Of a stretch of DNA of 64,000 bases, positions 1-8,105 are shown one piece after another (the stretch's first letter is position 1; each line of letters starts with the position of its first letter). A model generated the notes under the pieces. That model did no database searches, had not been told where the DNA came from, and saw only the letters and a list, made by a program, of their open reading frames with translations. Source of the stretch: a virus; the IMG/VR virus record IMGVR_UViG_3300007735_000779, positions 3,334-67,333 of that record, one strand, 5' to 3'. The translations under genes and the position numbers were made by a program.

Positions 1-770
1 TTGATCTCGGAGAACCCGGACCCACCCATGCTTGTCCGAAGAGTTCCAACGGTTCCATCCTCAACAAGACCATCTTTGCTGTTCTGCCAGCGATAGACAA
101 TCAGGTTGTAATGTTCGTCTCCGGCTGGTCCTCCGGTCCCTTTGTGCCATTTGCTACTGCACGTTCCAGAGATTCCTGCAGGGGTACAGGTAATTGCTTT
201 CCCCGCTTTTGTGCCCTTCGGAGGATTCCCGCTGCTGCTGTTGGCGAGATCAAGTACTTCTGAGGCACATTCTCCTCCAAGATCTGCGACAATGAAGATT
301 CTACGGCGTCTTTGGGGGACTCCGAAGAACTGACTGTCCAGAACTCTCCACGCGATAGATTTAGCGCCCCACCTTTCGACCATTTCATTGAGGACGTGTG
401 AGAAGTCGTTCCCTGAATTGCTTGAGAGCAATCCAAAGACATTTTCGACCACGACGAATCTGGGACTGGTTGCCCGAATAAATCTTTCGAACTCATAGAA
501 TAAAGAACTCCTTGCTCCTTGCAAACCTTCTCGTTTGCCTGCGATTGATATGTCCTGACACGGAAAGCCTCCAACAATTACATCTACGTTGCTTAACAGT
601 GATGTATTGACTGAAGTTATATCTCCATGCAAACTTGCATGTGGGAAACGTTTCGTAAGGACCTTTTGGCAATACTGGTCTTGCTCAACGCACCATGAGA
701 TGTCAAACCCGGCGTTTTGAAACCCTAGGTCAAATCCACCAATGCCAGAGAATAGGCTTCCTACTTTCAT
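1..770 (-). CDS. DNA (cytosine-5)-methyltransferase, partial (3' end outside window); absent from the ORF track
   Basis: Manual translation from ATG 770: MKVGSLFSGIGGFDLG (motif I), GGFPCQDISIAG (motif IV, catalytic PC), VVVENV (motif VI), GVPQRRRRIFIV (motif VIII); the frame stays open to the window edge. Confidence 0.95.
   Translation of the reverse strand, partial: MKVGSLFSGIGGFDLGFQNAGFDISWCVEQDQYCQKVLTKRFPHASLHGDITSVNTSLLSNVDVIVGGFPCQDISIAGKREGLQGARSSLFYEFERFIRATSPRFVVVENVFGLLSSNSGNDFSHVLNEMVERWGAKSIAWRVLDSQFFGVPQRRRRIFIVADLGGECASEVLDLANSSSGNPPKGTKAGKAITCTPAGISGTCSSKWHKGTGGPAGDEHYNLIVYRWQNSKDGLVEDGTVGTLRTSMGGSGFSEI
101..496 (-). CDS. Nested alternative-frame ORF, M.EcoHK31I beta-subunit-like polypeptide
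   Basis: Same strand, different frame, inside the MTase gene. ATG at 496 follows an SD-like AGGAG. Contains SSLSQILEENVPQKYLISPTAAAGILRRAQKRGKQLP, which I recognise from such overlapping MTase ORFs. Confidence 0.6.
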   Translation of the reverse strand: MSSKDLFGQPVPDSSWSKMSLDCSQAIQGTTSHTSSMKWSKGGALNLSRGEFWTVSSSESPKDAVESSLSQILEENVPQKYLISPTAAAGILRRAQKRGKQLPVPLQESLERAVANGTKGPEDQPETNITT

Positions 771-776
771 TTCTAT

Positions 777-785
777 ATTATACCA
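777..785 (-). promoter_or_regulatory. Extended -10 promoter (TGGTATAAT) of the MTase gene
   Basis: TATAAT at 782-777, 6 nt before ATG 770. Confidence 0.55.
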
Positions 786-810
786 AAAAAGTTAAAAAAA
801 TCCTAAAGAA

Positions 811-818
811 TATAAATA
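811..818 (+). promoter_or_regulatory. T4-type late promoter TATAAATA
   Basis: Exact consensus, 6 nt before ATG 825. Confidence 0.75.
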
Positions 819-824
819 ATTGGT

Positions 825-1019
825 ATGAAATACTCTCTCAAATATTTAATGGAATACTTGGATATTGGTGCCAGCGGTGCTAATATGGGAGATGCCATGA
901 AAAAGGAAAATCGCAAATATGCCCGTAAATTGAAAAAACAGGCGTTAACCAAGCGAAGTCCTTATCTTATGAAAGAACTTCAAGTAATTTTTAAAAATTT
1001 AAAAAATTATGATATCTAA
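825..1019 (+). CDS. Small basic late protein, possible internal head protein
   Basis: Late promoter upstream; N-terminus MKYSLKYLME ends in an L-x-E gp21-type cleavage motif. Confidence 0.55.
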   Translation: MKYSLKYLMEYLDIGASGANMGDAMKKENRKYARKLKKQALTKRSPYLMKELQVIFKNLKNYDI

Positions 1020-1024
1020 AGGTT

Positions 1025-1096
1025 CTTTAAAGTAATCTTTAATATATTCTTTTGGTATTTCTTTAAAATTTACTTTAGAGGTTTCTTTGAGTTAAT
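1025..1096. repeat. Degenerate 12-bp-period array (6 units starting CTTT), iteron-like
   Basis: CTTT starts at 1025, 1037, 1049, 1061, 1073 and 1085 in non-coding DNA. Confidence 0.7.
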
Positions 1097-1123
1097 TGTA
1101 CAAGACCTTTAATTTTCTGTCAA
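1095..1123 (-). promoter_or_regulatory. Sigma70-type promoter reading into the 12-bp array
   Basis: TTGACA-17 nt-TACAAT on the minus strand. Confidence 0.7.
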
Positions 1124-1144
1124 GAGGAAAATCTAAATATTTTC

Positions 1145-1699
1145 ATGGCAAACCTAAATCATAACAGAAACCTTTTTGAATCTGCCCTACGCCAGGTTCA
1201 ACAGAACGAAAAGGCTATTACCAATAATATTGCTCATCGTCATGAGCTAGTCGAACAAAAACAAAATTTGACTGAGATAGTTGGAACTCTGATTACTGCT
1301 GGTTTGCTTGCAGCCGCAGCTGCTCCTGTTGCTGGTGTTGCTGCGGACATTTATGCACATCGCAAAAAGAGAAAACAAGAAGCAGACGAAATAGCAAGAG
1401 AACAAGCAAATAAAGATAGAGAACACGGGTTCAACGTACAGAGACACCAAGAGAATATTGGAGAAACTAGAGCAGATAGACAAGCTAGACAAAATGAAGC
1501 AGCAGCAGATAGAAAAGCAAGAGAAGATGCAGCAACTGCGGCTCATCAAAGAACCGTTGAACGCGAAAAAACTGCACACAAGCGAACAAAAAAGGGTGCT
1601 AAGAAACAACGACAGCACAATCTATTGTTACAGACCAAGAAAAATACAGCAGCACTTAGAGCAGCTCAAATTAGATATGGAAGCGGCGGAACTCCCTAA
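1145..1699 (+). CDS. Hypothetical late protein with a hydrophobic helix and an 11-residue-repeat coiled coil (putative ejection/pilot-like internal protein)
   Basis: CTAAATA at 1133; NLTE followed by IVGTLITAGLLAAAAAPVAGVAA; six hendecads starting [HR][QK]. Confidence 0.6.
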   Translation: MANLNHNRNLFESALRQVQQNEKAITNNIAHRHELVEQKQNLTEIVGTLITAGLLAAAAAPVAGVAADIYAHRKKRKQEADEIAREQANKDREHGFNVQRHQENIGETRADRQARQNEAAADRKAREDAATAAHQRTVEREKTAHKRTKKGAKKQRQHNLLLQTKKNTAALRAAQIRYGSGGTP

Positions 1700-2859
1700 T
1701 GAGTTTTTATTTCAATGATTCTTTAAATAAAGCTACTAAAATTGGCATAGGTAATTTTAAAAATTATCTAATGGAAGGAAAGTTTAAAGAAAAACTTGCA
1801 CAAGCCGAAGCAGCTCAAGAGGCTGAATTTCAAAAATTACAAACAGCTGTAAATGCTCATAGACAAGGTGCCATTGCAAGAGAAGAAGCAAAGACAGCAG
1901 CAGAAGAAAAAAGAAAAAGACAGGCTGATGCAATTAGAGGAATTGGTGTAAGATCAAAATCGCAAGCCGATCAGGCTCTTGCAAGAGAAAGAGAAGCCAA
2001 AGCAGCATTCTATAAAGCAAGACTTGCACAGATAACTCCAACAGCTCCTAGCCAAGATCCAGTTAACAAAGATGAAACTGCAGCTTTGGGTGCAGCAGAA
2101 GCCACTGCTGCAGGAAGCGCAGTAAAAAGCATCATGAAAGGGTTGGCACAAAAATTACCAACAAGCGATCAGATGCATAAAGGTTTGAGTTTAGCTTCAA
2201 CTGTTCCAAGCATTTCTGCAAGAAGTCCAATTACAGTAAATGCTCCGACATATGGAAAGGGTGAATCTGAGTATAAACTAGAAGACGAAACAACTCCCAC
2301 TCCTGTTGTTAATAGAGAAGAAAACAGAAAAAGAGTAGGAAAAGTTGCTCCGGGCAATTTATTCTCAAAGAAAGAAATGGAACCTTTAGTTGTTAAAGCA
2401 GCAAAAGAGGAACCAGTAAAAACAAAAGTTGCGTCTTCTGCCGATAAAGATACATCGCTTCCTTTGTTTAAGGGAATTTCTACTGACAGAGGTATTGTTA
2501 GTTCTTATACACCAGCAAAACCTACCCCCAAAAAGACAAAAGAAAAAGCAAAAGAAAAAGCAAAACCAAGAGCAAGAGCAAAAGCCCCATCTGTTAAGAC
2601 GTCTGCTCCGGCCCCAGCTCCAGCTGCAGCACCTGTAACTCAACAAGAATCAATACCACCTGCTTCTCCGGCCCCTGTTGTTGCAAAAGCAACTAAATCC
2701 AGTAAGCCATTTCCAACCATGAGCACTGGACCTGTCAGTAAGCGCAAAAAGGGACAATGGAGAGATGGAAGTTTACATTACAATCCAAATGACCCACCTC
2801 CGGGTGTAGTTGAATCAATGAATGTTTATAGCAATTCATTGACTAAGCTTTTTGGTTGA
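1699..2859 (+). CDS. Hypothetical Ala/Lys/Pro-rich protein, possible internal head protein
   Basis: Coupled to the upstream gene (TAATG); NYLME motif near the N-terminus, then a coiled coil and low-complexity sequence. Confidence 0.6.
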   Translation: MSFYFNDSLNKATKIGIGNFKNYLMEGKFKEKLAQAEAAQEAEFQKLQTAVNAHRQGAIAREEAKTAAEEKRKRQADAIRGIGVRSKSQADQALAREREAKAAFYKARLAQITPTAPSQDPVNKDETAALGAAEATAAGSAVKSIMKGLAQKLPTSDQMHKGLSLASTVPSISARSPITVNAPTYGKGESEYKLEDETTPTPVVNREENRKRVGKVAPGNLFSKKEMEPLVVKAAKEEPVKTKVASSADKDTSLPLFKGISTDRGIVSSYTPAKPTPKKTKEKAKEKAKPRARAKAPSVKTSAPAPAPAAAPVTQQESIPPASPAPVVAKATKSSKPFPTMSTGPVSKRKKGQWRDGSLHYNPNDPPPGVVESMNVYSNSLTKLFG

Positions 2860-2875
2860 TCGTATAAATATCTTT

Positions 2876-3121
2876 GTGAAAGTTATTGAAAAAACTTCTT
2901 CTCATCAAACTTTTTATACATTGATTCCAAATAATAAACATTTGGATTTCAAAGAAGTTTTTGCCAAAATTAAAAAGAAAAAAACAGAAGCATTTCATAA
3001 AGTGTTTTTGACTATTCCTTTGGAGTTTGCACATGAGTGCACCAAAGCAGTCAAAGACAATGATCTGTCAATAAAGCACATGCAGGCAGATAAAAACTTT
3101 GTTGCCATGGAGATTGCTTGA
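2876..3121 (+). CDS. Hypothetical protein (GTG start)
   Basis: TATAAATA at 2863-2870, 5 nt before the in-frame GTG. Confidence 0.55.
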   Translation: MKVIEKTSSHQTFYTLIPNNKHLDFKEVFAKIKKKKTEAFHKVFLTIPLEFAHECTKAVKDNDLSIKHMQADKNFVAMEIA

Positions 3122-3792
3122 TGGCAGAAGATTATGAAATAGTAGAAAACAGTTCAGAAGAAGATTACAGATCTTCTCCTATGCCTGTTCGTTCCAGCAT
3201 TCGTGATGCATTGGCCAGTATAGATGCACAGCGTCAAGCAATGAAGTCGCAACAAGACTTTGGGTTTGATGAGGCTTCTTTTGGATATGACTCAAAAGAA
3301 GGAAAGGACGTTGAGACGTATGGCCTTCGGGAACAACGCGAAGAAAATCTAAACCGTGTAATAGAAGAAGACACGATATATTCTTCCTACTTTTCAAAAC
3401 GGTATGGAAATCTTTCTGTTTACTTGAATCTTGATGAAATGTATTATCCAAAAGGATTCAATCCTTTACAGGATACATATGTCAACGTAAAGATTGCAAA
3501 AGAGGGAAAGCTTTACATTGCTGACTTTGTTAATCCAAACCAAATAATTGAAGAACTTTTGGATGGTGTTGTTTCCTTTATGGTCATAAAGGTAAATGGA
3601 CAAGTTGCAAAGATAATGGGCACGTTAAAAGAAGAATTGGTAAACGGGGCAGATCACGTAAGACAAGCAGCATTCAATCCACTACCAGATGGAAGAATAC
3701 TTTTGTGGAATACAATCAAACAAAAGTGGAGTTCTTTTTATCCAAAAAATTTGCTTGAGATGGTACGTGATGACACTACCGATTTTGAATAA
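3118..3792 (+). CDS. Protein with a C-terminal WYL_2/SH3-like beta-barrel (DUF2693-like)
   Basis: C-terminal KVNG..KIMGTL...LWNTIKQKWSSF resembles the KxDG.R.M.GTL...WRSF family. Confidence 0.55.
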   Translation: MMAEDYEIVENSSEEDYRSSPMPVRSSIRDALASIDAQRQAMKSQQDFGFDEASFGYDSKEGKDVETYGLREQREENLNRVIEEDTIYSSYFSKRYGNLSVYLNLDEMYYPKGFNPLQDTYVNVKIAKEGKLYIADFVNPNQIIEELLDGVVSFMVIKVNGQVAKIMGTLKEELVNGADHVRQAAFNPLPDGRILLWNTIKQKWSSFYPKNLLEMVRDDTTDFE

Positions 3793-3801
3793 ATATTATT
3801 A

Positions 3802-3987
3802 ATGGATGATGAAGAAAAAGATTTTAAATCGGAAAAGCATTTAAACACTCTACTTTTAAGAGAAGCAAAGCTTGCCGTTAAAAATTACGAAGCATATCTA
3901 TTGGATAAAATTTCCTCAAAGGAACTTGCTAATAGATTTACCAATTTATCTTTAATCATTCAACGTGTAGAAGATTGGCACAAGTGA
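3802..3987 (+). CDS. Hypothetical protein
   Basis: ATAAATA 6 nt upstream; 61-aa ORF filling the gap. Confidence 0.55.
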   Translation: MDDEEKDFKSEKHLNTLLLREAKLAVKNYEAYLLDKISSKELANRFTNLSLIIQRVEDWHK

Positions 3988-4015
3988 TTGACTTTTTGTT
4001 CTATTGTGGTAAAAT
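3988..4015 (+). promoter_or_regulatory. Sigma70-type promoter of the guaC operon
   Basis: TTGACT-16 nt-TAAAAT with an extended TG. Confidence 0.65.
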
Positions 4016-4021
4016 ATGTGC

Positions 4022-5050
4022 ATGGACAATGACGTTAAATTGGATTTTTCGGATGTATTGATTGTTCCTAGAGTAAGTGACGTGAAGTCAAGAAAAGACG
4101 TAAGTCTTGAAGTAGGAACAAATTTTAACTGCGGATCTAGATGGGATGGCGTGCCAATCATGGCAGCTAACATGTCTACGGTCGGTACACACGAAATGGC
4201 TCTTGTGTTGTCAGAATACAAGATAGTCACCTGCCTTAAAAAAGGCGGAGAGTACTATATTAATTTTGCCACAAGTCATCCAGACAAAGAAAAATATGTT
4301 TCATTGACTCTTGGTTTGGATGCCGAGAGTAAATTGTTTGTTGATAGTTCTGAGATTTCCGATCCTACGTTTGTTTGCATTGATGTTGCAAATGGATACA
4401 TGACAGAATTTCATAATTTTATAAAGAAAGTGAGACAGAAATGGCCGAAGTCAATACTGATTGCCGGAAATGTTGTGACCCCAGAGGGGGTGTTGGCGCT
4501 GTACGGTGCTGGAGCAGACCTCGTAAAGGTGGGAATTGGGTCGGGATCGATGTGCCTGACACGACGAGTGGCCGGAGTGGGGTATCCTCAACTCTCGGCG
4601 GTTCTAGAGTGTGCGGAAACAGCCGCAGCGTTAGGTATTGGGATCGTATCTGATGGTGGAATTGTATATCCTGGTGATATTGCAAAATCTTTTGTGGCTG
4701 GAGCAGCTTTTGTCATGGCGGGAGGAATATTTGCGGGACACGATGAGTGTGGAGGAGAGATTCGGCCATCTGCCTCGGGGGAACTACACATGCTTCACTA
4801 CGGAATGTCTAGCAAAACCGCAAACGAAAAGTATAATGGTGGACTTTCCACCTATCGGGCTTCGGAGGGTCGAACTGTCGAGGTTCCATACCGAGGATCT
4901 GTTAGAAACACTGTTCAGGACATCCTTGGCGGATTGCGTTCTGCTTGCTCTTACGTGGGTGCTTTTAACTTGCCTGATTTGTATACTTGTGGTAAAATGG
5001 TGAGAGTTAATCGCACCATAAACAAAGTCTTTGAAAGCCACGAAATATGA
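4022..5050 (+). CDS. guaC: GMP reductase
   Basis: KLDFSDVLIVP, PIMAANM, CIDVANGY, KVGIGSGSMCLTR, SDGG, YGMSS, YRASEGR, GGLRSACSYVGA; no CBS domains. Confidence 0.92.
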   Translation: MDNDVKLDFSDVLIVPRVSDVKSRKDVSLEVGTNFNCGSRWDGVPIMAANMSTVGTHEMALVLSEYKIVTCLKKGGEYYINFATSHPDKEKYVSLTLGLDAESKLFVDSSEISDPTFVCIDVANGYMTEFHNFIKKVRQKWPKSILIAGNVVTPEGVLALYGAGADLVKVGIGSGSMCLTRRVAGVGYPQLSAVLECAETAAALGIGIVSDGGIVYPGDIAKSFVAGAAFVMAGGIFAGHDECGGEIRPSASGELHMLHYGMSSKTANEKYNGGLSTYRASEGRTVEVPYRGSVRNTVQDILGGLRSACSYVGAFNLPDLYTCGKMVRVNRTINKVFESHEI

Positions 5051-5607
5051 ACATTTTTGTTTTGGATAATAGCCCTATTACTGCCGCTAGCATGATGTGT
5101 GACAAGCATGTTGTCAAGATGATTGTTGAATCTTGTCAACTTCTTTCTACTGCGCATCATGTTCTAGATGGTAAAGAAGTTTTTGTCGATAGCGGCAAGC
5201 GTAAGTTTAAGACGTTTATCTGCAATAAACCCATTTGCAAAGCAACTATGATTAATCATCCTTGTACCATATGGACCAGAGAGGCATCTGGAAACTATGA
5301 TTGGCTTTGGAACCATGCATACACACTGTGCAATGAATACACTTTGCGTTATGGAAAGATCCATTCTATGCAAAAGATGATTGAGGGTCCGCTTTATGAT
5401 TGTCCTGATAATATCAATCAGGATATACTGACCAAATTTGCTCAGGCTATGCCAGATCAATACAAAAATCAAAATGCAGTAATTGCATATCGTCAGTATT
5501 ACATTGGCGAAAAAATTAAATTTGCAAAATGGAAACTTGGCAATGTGCCAACGTGGTTTGCAAGTCAGACTGGAAATACAACTAGCAGTGAATTGATTAC
5601 TTCTTGA
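5047..5607 (+). CDS. Pyrimidine-dimer DNA glycosylase/endonuclease V-like family protein
   Basis: MNIFVLD..P..AA...CDKHVVKMIVES.QLLSTAH, NHPCTIW and AYRQYY motifs. Confidence 0.7.
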   Translation: MNIFVLDNSPITAASMMCDKHVVKMIVESCQLLSTAHHVLDGKEVFVDSGKRKFKTFICNKPICKATMINHPCTIWTREASGNYDWLWNHAYTLCNEYTLRYGKIHSMQKMIEGPLYDCPDNINQDILTKFAQAMPDQYKNQNAVIAYRQYYIGEKIKFAKWKLGNVPTWFASQTGNTTSSELITS

Positions 5608-6340
5608 CTTTGTAATTTTCAGGATATTTTTCCGACCAATCGGTTGGACTTTGTGCATATCCTTTAGTTTTTATATAATCATCTTCCATGTTCATTCCAG
5701 AAGTCGAAGCCTGTTGTTTAGCTTCGGCTTCTTGGTTAAATGATGTTTGTTTTCCAATTTCACCATATTTTTTATATGCCGATCTAAAGGTTTTATAATA
5801 CTCTGGATCCGATGATTCTGGTTGTCCGCGCCATCGTTGAATGCCAGTAGTCAATTGCTCATCTGAAAGTGGTTTTGTTGGATCAATCTTTGCATCTTTG
5901 AGTTTGCCTTTCATTACAGCAAGGCCAGCTTCTTGATAAGGAACATGATAAGATTGAGAAGAAAGATCACCTGCTCTTCCATAATCATATTTTTGATCTC
6001 CCTTACCAGCTTTTGCAAACTTATCTGCTTGAGATACAAACTGTTGGCCAAATTTTAATGCATCTGGATTAAAAAATTGTTTATGTCTAGTTAAAGCATC
6101 TCTCATTGTGCTTCCGGTAATTTGAACGGGACCATATGCAGTTGAAAGATTTTTTGGATCTTTATGTCTTGCTTTAGTTCTTATGGCTAATCTAGGATCA
6201 TACGTTGTAGGATCTTTTACTGTGCCTCTGTGTTCTGCTGATACTGCAGCATAATAAAACGGAGTCAAAGGATCTGTTGGATCTAGTTCTTGACGTTTAG
6301 TTCCTAAATTTTCATTTAAAAATTGTTTAAAACTTTTCAT
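5597..6340 (-). CDS. Putative capsid-targeted internal protein with a lysozyme/SLT-like motif
   Basis: Starts MKSFKQFLNE, like the T4 capsid-targeting sequence MKTYQEFIAE. SAEHRG...STAYGPVQITGST resembles lytic transglycosylase motifs. Minus-strand CTAAATA at 6415-6409. Confidence 0.55.
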   Translation of the reverse strand: MKSFKQFLNENLGTKRQELDPTDPLTPFYYAAVSAEHRGTVKDPTTYDPRLAIRTKARHKDPKNLSTAYGPVQITGSTMRDALTRHKQFFNPDALKFGQQFVSQADKFAKAGKGDQKYDYGRAGDLSSQSYHVPYQEAGLAVMKGKLKDAKIDPTKPLSDEQLTTGIQRWRGQPESSDPEYYKTFRSAYKKYGEIGKQTSFNQEAEAKQQASTSGMNMEDDYIKTKGYAQSPTDWSEKYPENYKVKK

Positions 6341-6348
6341 GATTCCCT

Positions 6349-6377
6349 TTGACTTGTTATTATGTCCATGATATAAT
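6349..6377 (+). promoter_or_regulatory. Sigma70-type early promoter
   Basis: TTGACT-17 nt-TATAAT with an extended TG. Confidence 0.75.
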
Positions 6378-6395
6378 ATGTAAAAGGATATAACA

Positions 6396-6707
6396 ATGAA
6401 CGTAAAAGTATTTAGACTAAACTCCGGCGAAGAAATTCTTTCAAGATTTACCGAAAACGAGACCTCGTTTACCCTCAAGGATCCAGCAGTTCTCATTCCC
6501 ATGCAGCAAGGCCAAATTGGTTTGATGCCGTGGATGATGTATACTGAAGCAGCAAAGGGCGTTACGATCCCAAAGACGTTTATTGCCTTTACGGTTGATC
6601 CTGTTGAGGAACTTAAGGCTCAGTATGATGCGGCCCTTAACAAGGGAATTGTTGCTCCGTCCGGCTCGTTGAAGTCAAAGTCGGCGCTTAAGCTTACGGT
6701 GGATTAA
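6396..6707 (+). CDS. Sm-like fold protein of T4-like phages (paralogue 1)
   Basis: VFRLNSGEEIL...LKDPAVL...GLMPW; SD AAAGGA. Confidence 0.6.
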   Translation: MNVKVFRLNSGEEILSRFTENETSFTLKDPAVLIPMQQGQIGLMPWMMYTEAAKGVTIPKTFIAFTVDPVEELKAQYDAALNKGIVAPSGSLKSKSALKLTVD

Positions 6708-6708
6708 T

Positions 6709-7089
6709 TTGAACATTGATACGATAATTAAAACTTACGTTCCAATTGCACAGCCTCTTTCTATGGCTATGCAAAGACAGAAAAAGCACATTTCTTTGAT
6801 ACTGTACAAAAAGGAAATTGTGTCGATTGGTCAGAATGAGTACAAGACTCATCCACAAAGCGTAAAGTTGGGTTATCGATATCCCGAAATGCACTCAGAA
6901 CTGGATGCATTCCGAAAGGTTCCAAGAAGTCTACGCGACAAGAAGCTTGTTCTTCTTAATTTTAGATTTAATAGATTTGGTAATTACAGAAACGCAAAAC
7001 CCTGTCCTGTTTGCAATAAATGGTGTTCTGATATTTTTCATGACATTTATTACACGACGGACAACGGTATTATCAGATTGGACGATTAA
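6709..7089 (+). CDS. Zn-dependent cytidine/dCMP deaminase-fold protein
   Basis: HSE and KPCPVC zinc-binding motifs. Confidence 0.75.
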   Translation: MNIDTIIKTYVPIAQPLSMAMQRQKKHISLILYKKEIVSIGQNEYKTHPQSVKLGYRYPEMHSELDAFRKVPRSLRDKKLVLLNFRFNRFGNYRNAKPCPVCNKWCSDIFHDIYYTTDNGIIRLDD

Positions 7090-7545
7090 ATGAACCCAAA
7101 TGAAGTAAAAGAGTACGCAGATCCAATTGATAAACTCATTGAAGATTATCCTTCTGTGTTTAAAAATATGGACCCTAACGGATCATACTATATTCCCAGT
7201 GGTTGGTATCTGCTTGTAGACAAACTTTGTTCTGATCTTTCTGTTCTTCTTGATGAGGAAAACAAAAACATCAAAGACAATCATGAAGAGCCTTTGTTTA
7301 CTGTTATTCAAATAAAAGAGAAGTTTGCAGGTCTTCGATTCTACTACATGATGAATACGAAGAATGACAAATTGTATGAAGAGATTCGCAAACTGATTGA
7401 TATTGCTGAAGATACTTCATACAATACCTGTGAGATCACCGGAAAGCCCGGAAAGCTTTGCAGATCTGGAATGCATTACCATACCTTCTGTGAAGAACTT
7501 CGAATCAAGAATGGTTATGAGGTTGTGGAAAATGGAAACCCGTAA
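7090..7545 (+). CDS. Conserved phage hypothetical protein
   Basis: GW..L...QIKEKFAGLRFY...CEITGKPG pattern, common in phages. Confidence 0.65.
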   Translation: MNPNEVKEYADPIDKLIEDYPSVFKNMDPNGSYYIPSGWYLLVDKLCSDLSVLLDEENKNIKDNHEEPLFTVIQIKEKFAGLRFYYMMNTKNDKLYEEIRKLIDIAEDTSYNTCEITGKPGKLCRSGMHYHTFCEELRIKNGYEVVENGNP

Positions 7546-8089
7546 TATTATTGATCATTACCATTATTGGAACGACGATGCAATCAGGGCTGATCTTGAT
7601 ACTAAACGACATAACTTTAGTATTGTGTGTTGCAATATTGGGAATGACTTTAATATCGCCACGGTCATTAGGAATGCTAATGCGTTTCTTGCGAAAGAAG
7701 TTGTAATATATGGGTATAAAAAATATGATCGTCGTGGTACTGTTGGTACTCACAATTATACCAATTTTAATCATGTACGAACTATTGATGATCTTGGATC
7801 TTATTTTGAATCCAAGCAAAAGTCAGGACCAATTCGACTCATTGGAATAGACAATATTCCTGAAGCAAAGGATGTGAATTCATTTGACTTTGATCCTGAT
7901 ATCCATTATATTATGATCTTTGGTCAGGAACAGATTGGCGTTCCAATGGATGTTCTAAGTATGTGCGATGACATACTTTACATCCCACAGTATGGGTCAG
8001 TAAGAAGCATAAATGTTGGTTGCGCAAGTTCAATAATTATGAATAATTATTGCAGCAAAATTCATTCGACTCTGGGCCTCAGAGTATAA
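7532..8089 (+). CDS. SPOUT (SpoU/TrmH/TrmL-type) RNA 2'-O-methyltransferase
   Basis: NIATVIRNANAF, IFGQEQIGV and IPQYGSVRSINVGCAS match SpoU motifs 1-3; start taken at METRN. Confidence 0.88.
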   Translation: METRNIIDHYHYWNDDAIRADLDTKRHNFSIVCCNIGNDFNIATVIRNANAFLAKEVVIYGYKKYDRRGTVGTHNYTNFNHVRTIDDLGSYFESKQKSGPIRLIGIDNIPEAKDVNSFDFDPDIHYIMIFGQEQIGVPMDVLSMCDDILYIPQYGSVRSINVGCASSIIMNNYCSKIHSTLGLRV

Positions 8090-8105
8090 ACCCGAGGCTT
8101 TCTTT

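Noticed and set aside
1247-2646. Phe/Cys/Ser-rich minus-strand ORFs (1247-1618, 1954-2151, 2386-2646)
   Set aside because: Antisense shadows of Lys/Glu/Ala-rich plus-strand genes; no start signals or motifs.
6341-6502. N-terminal extension of the 301-aa ORF in the track
   Set aside because: Overlaps a promoter and the opposite-strand gene; the ATG at 6340 gives a convincing N-terminus.
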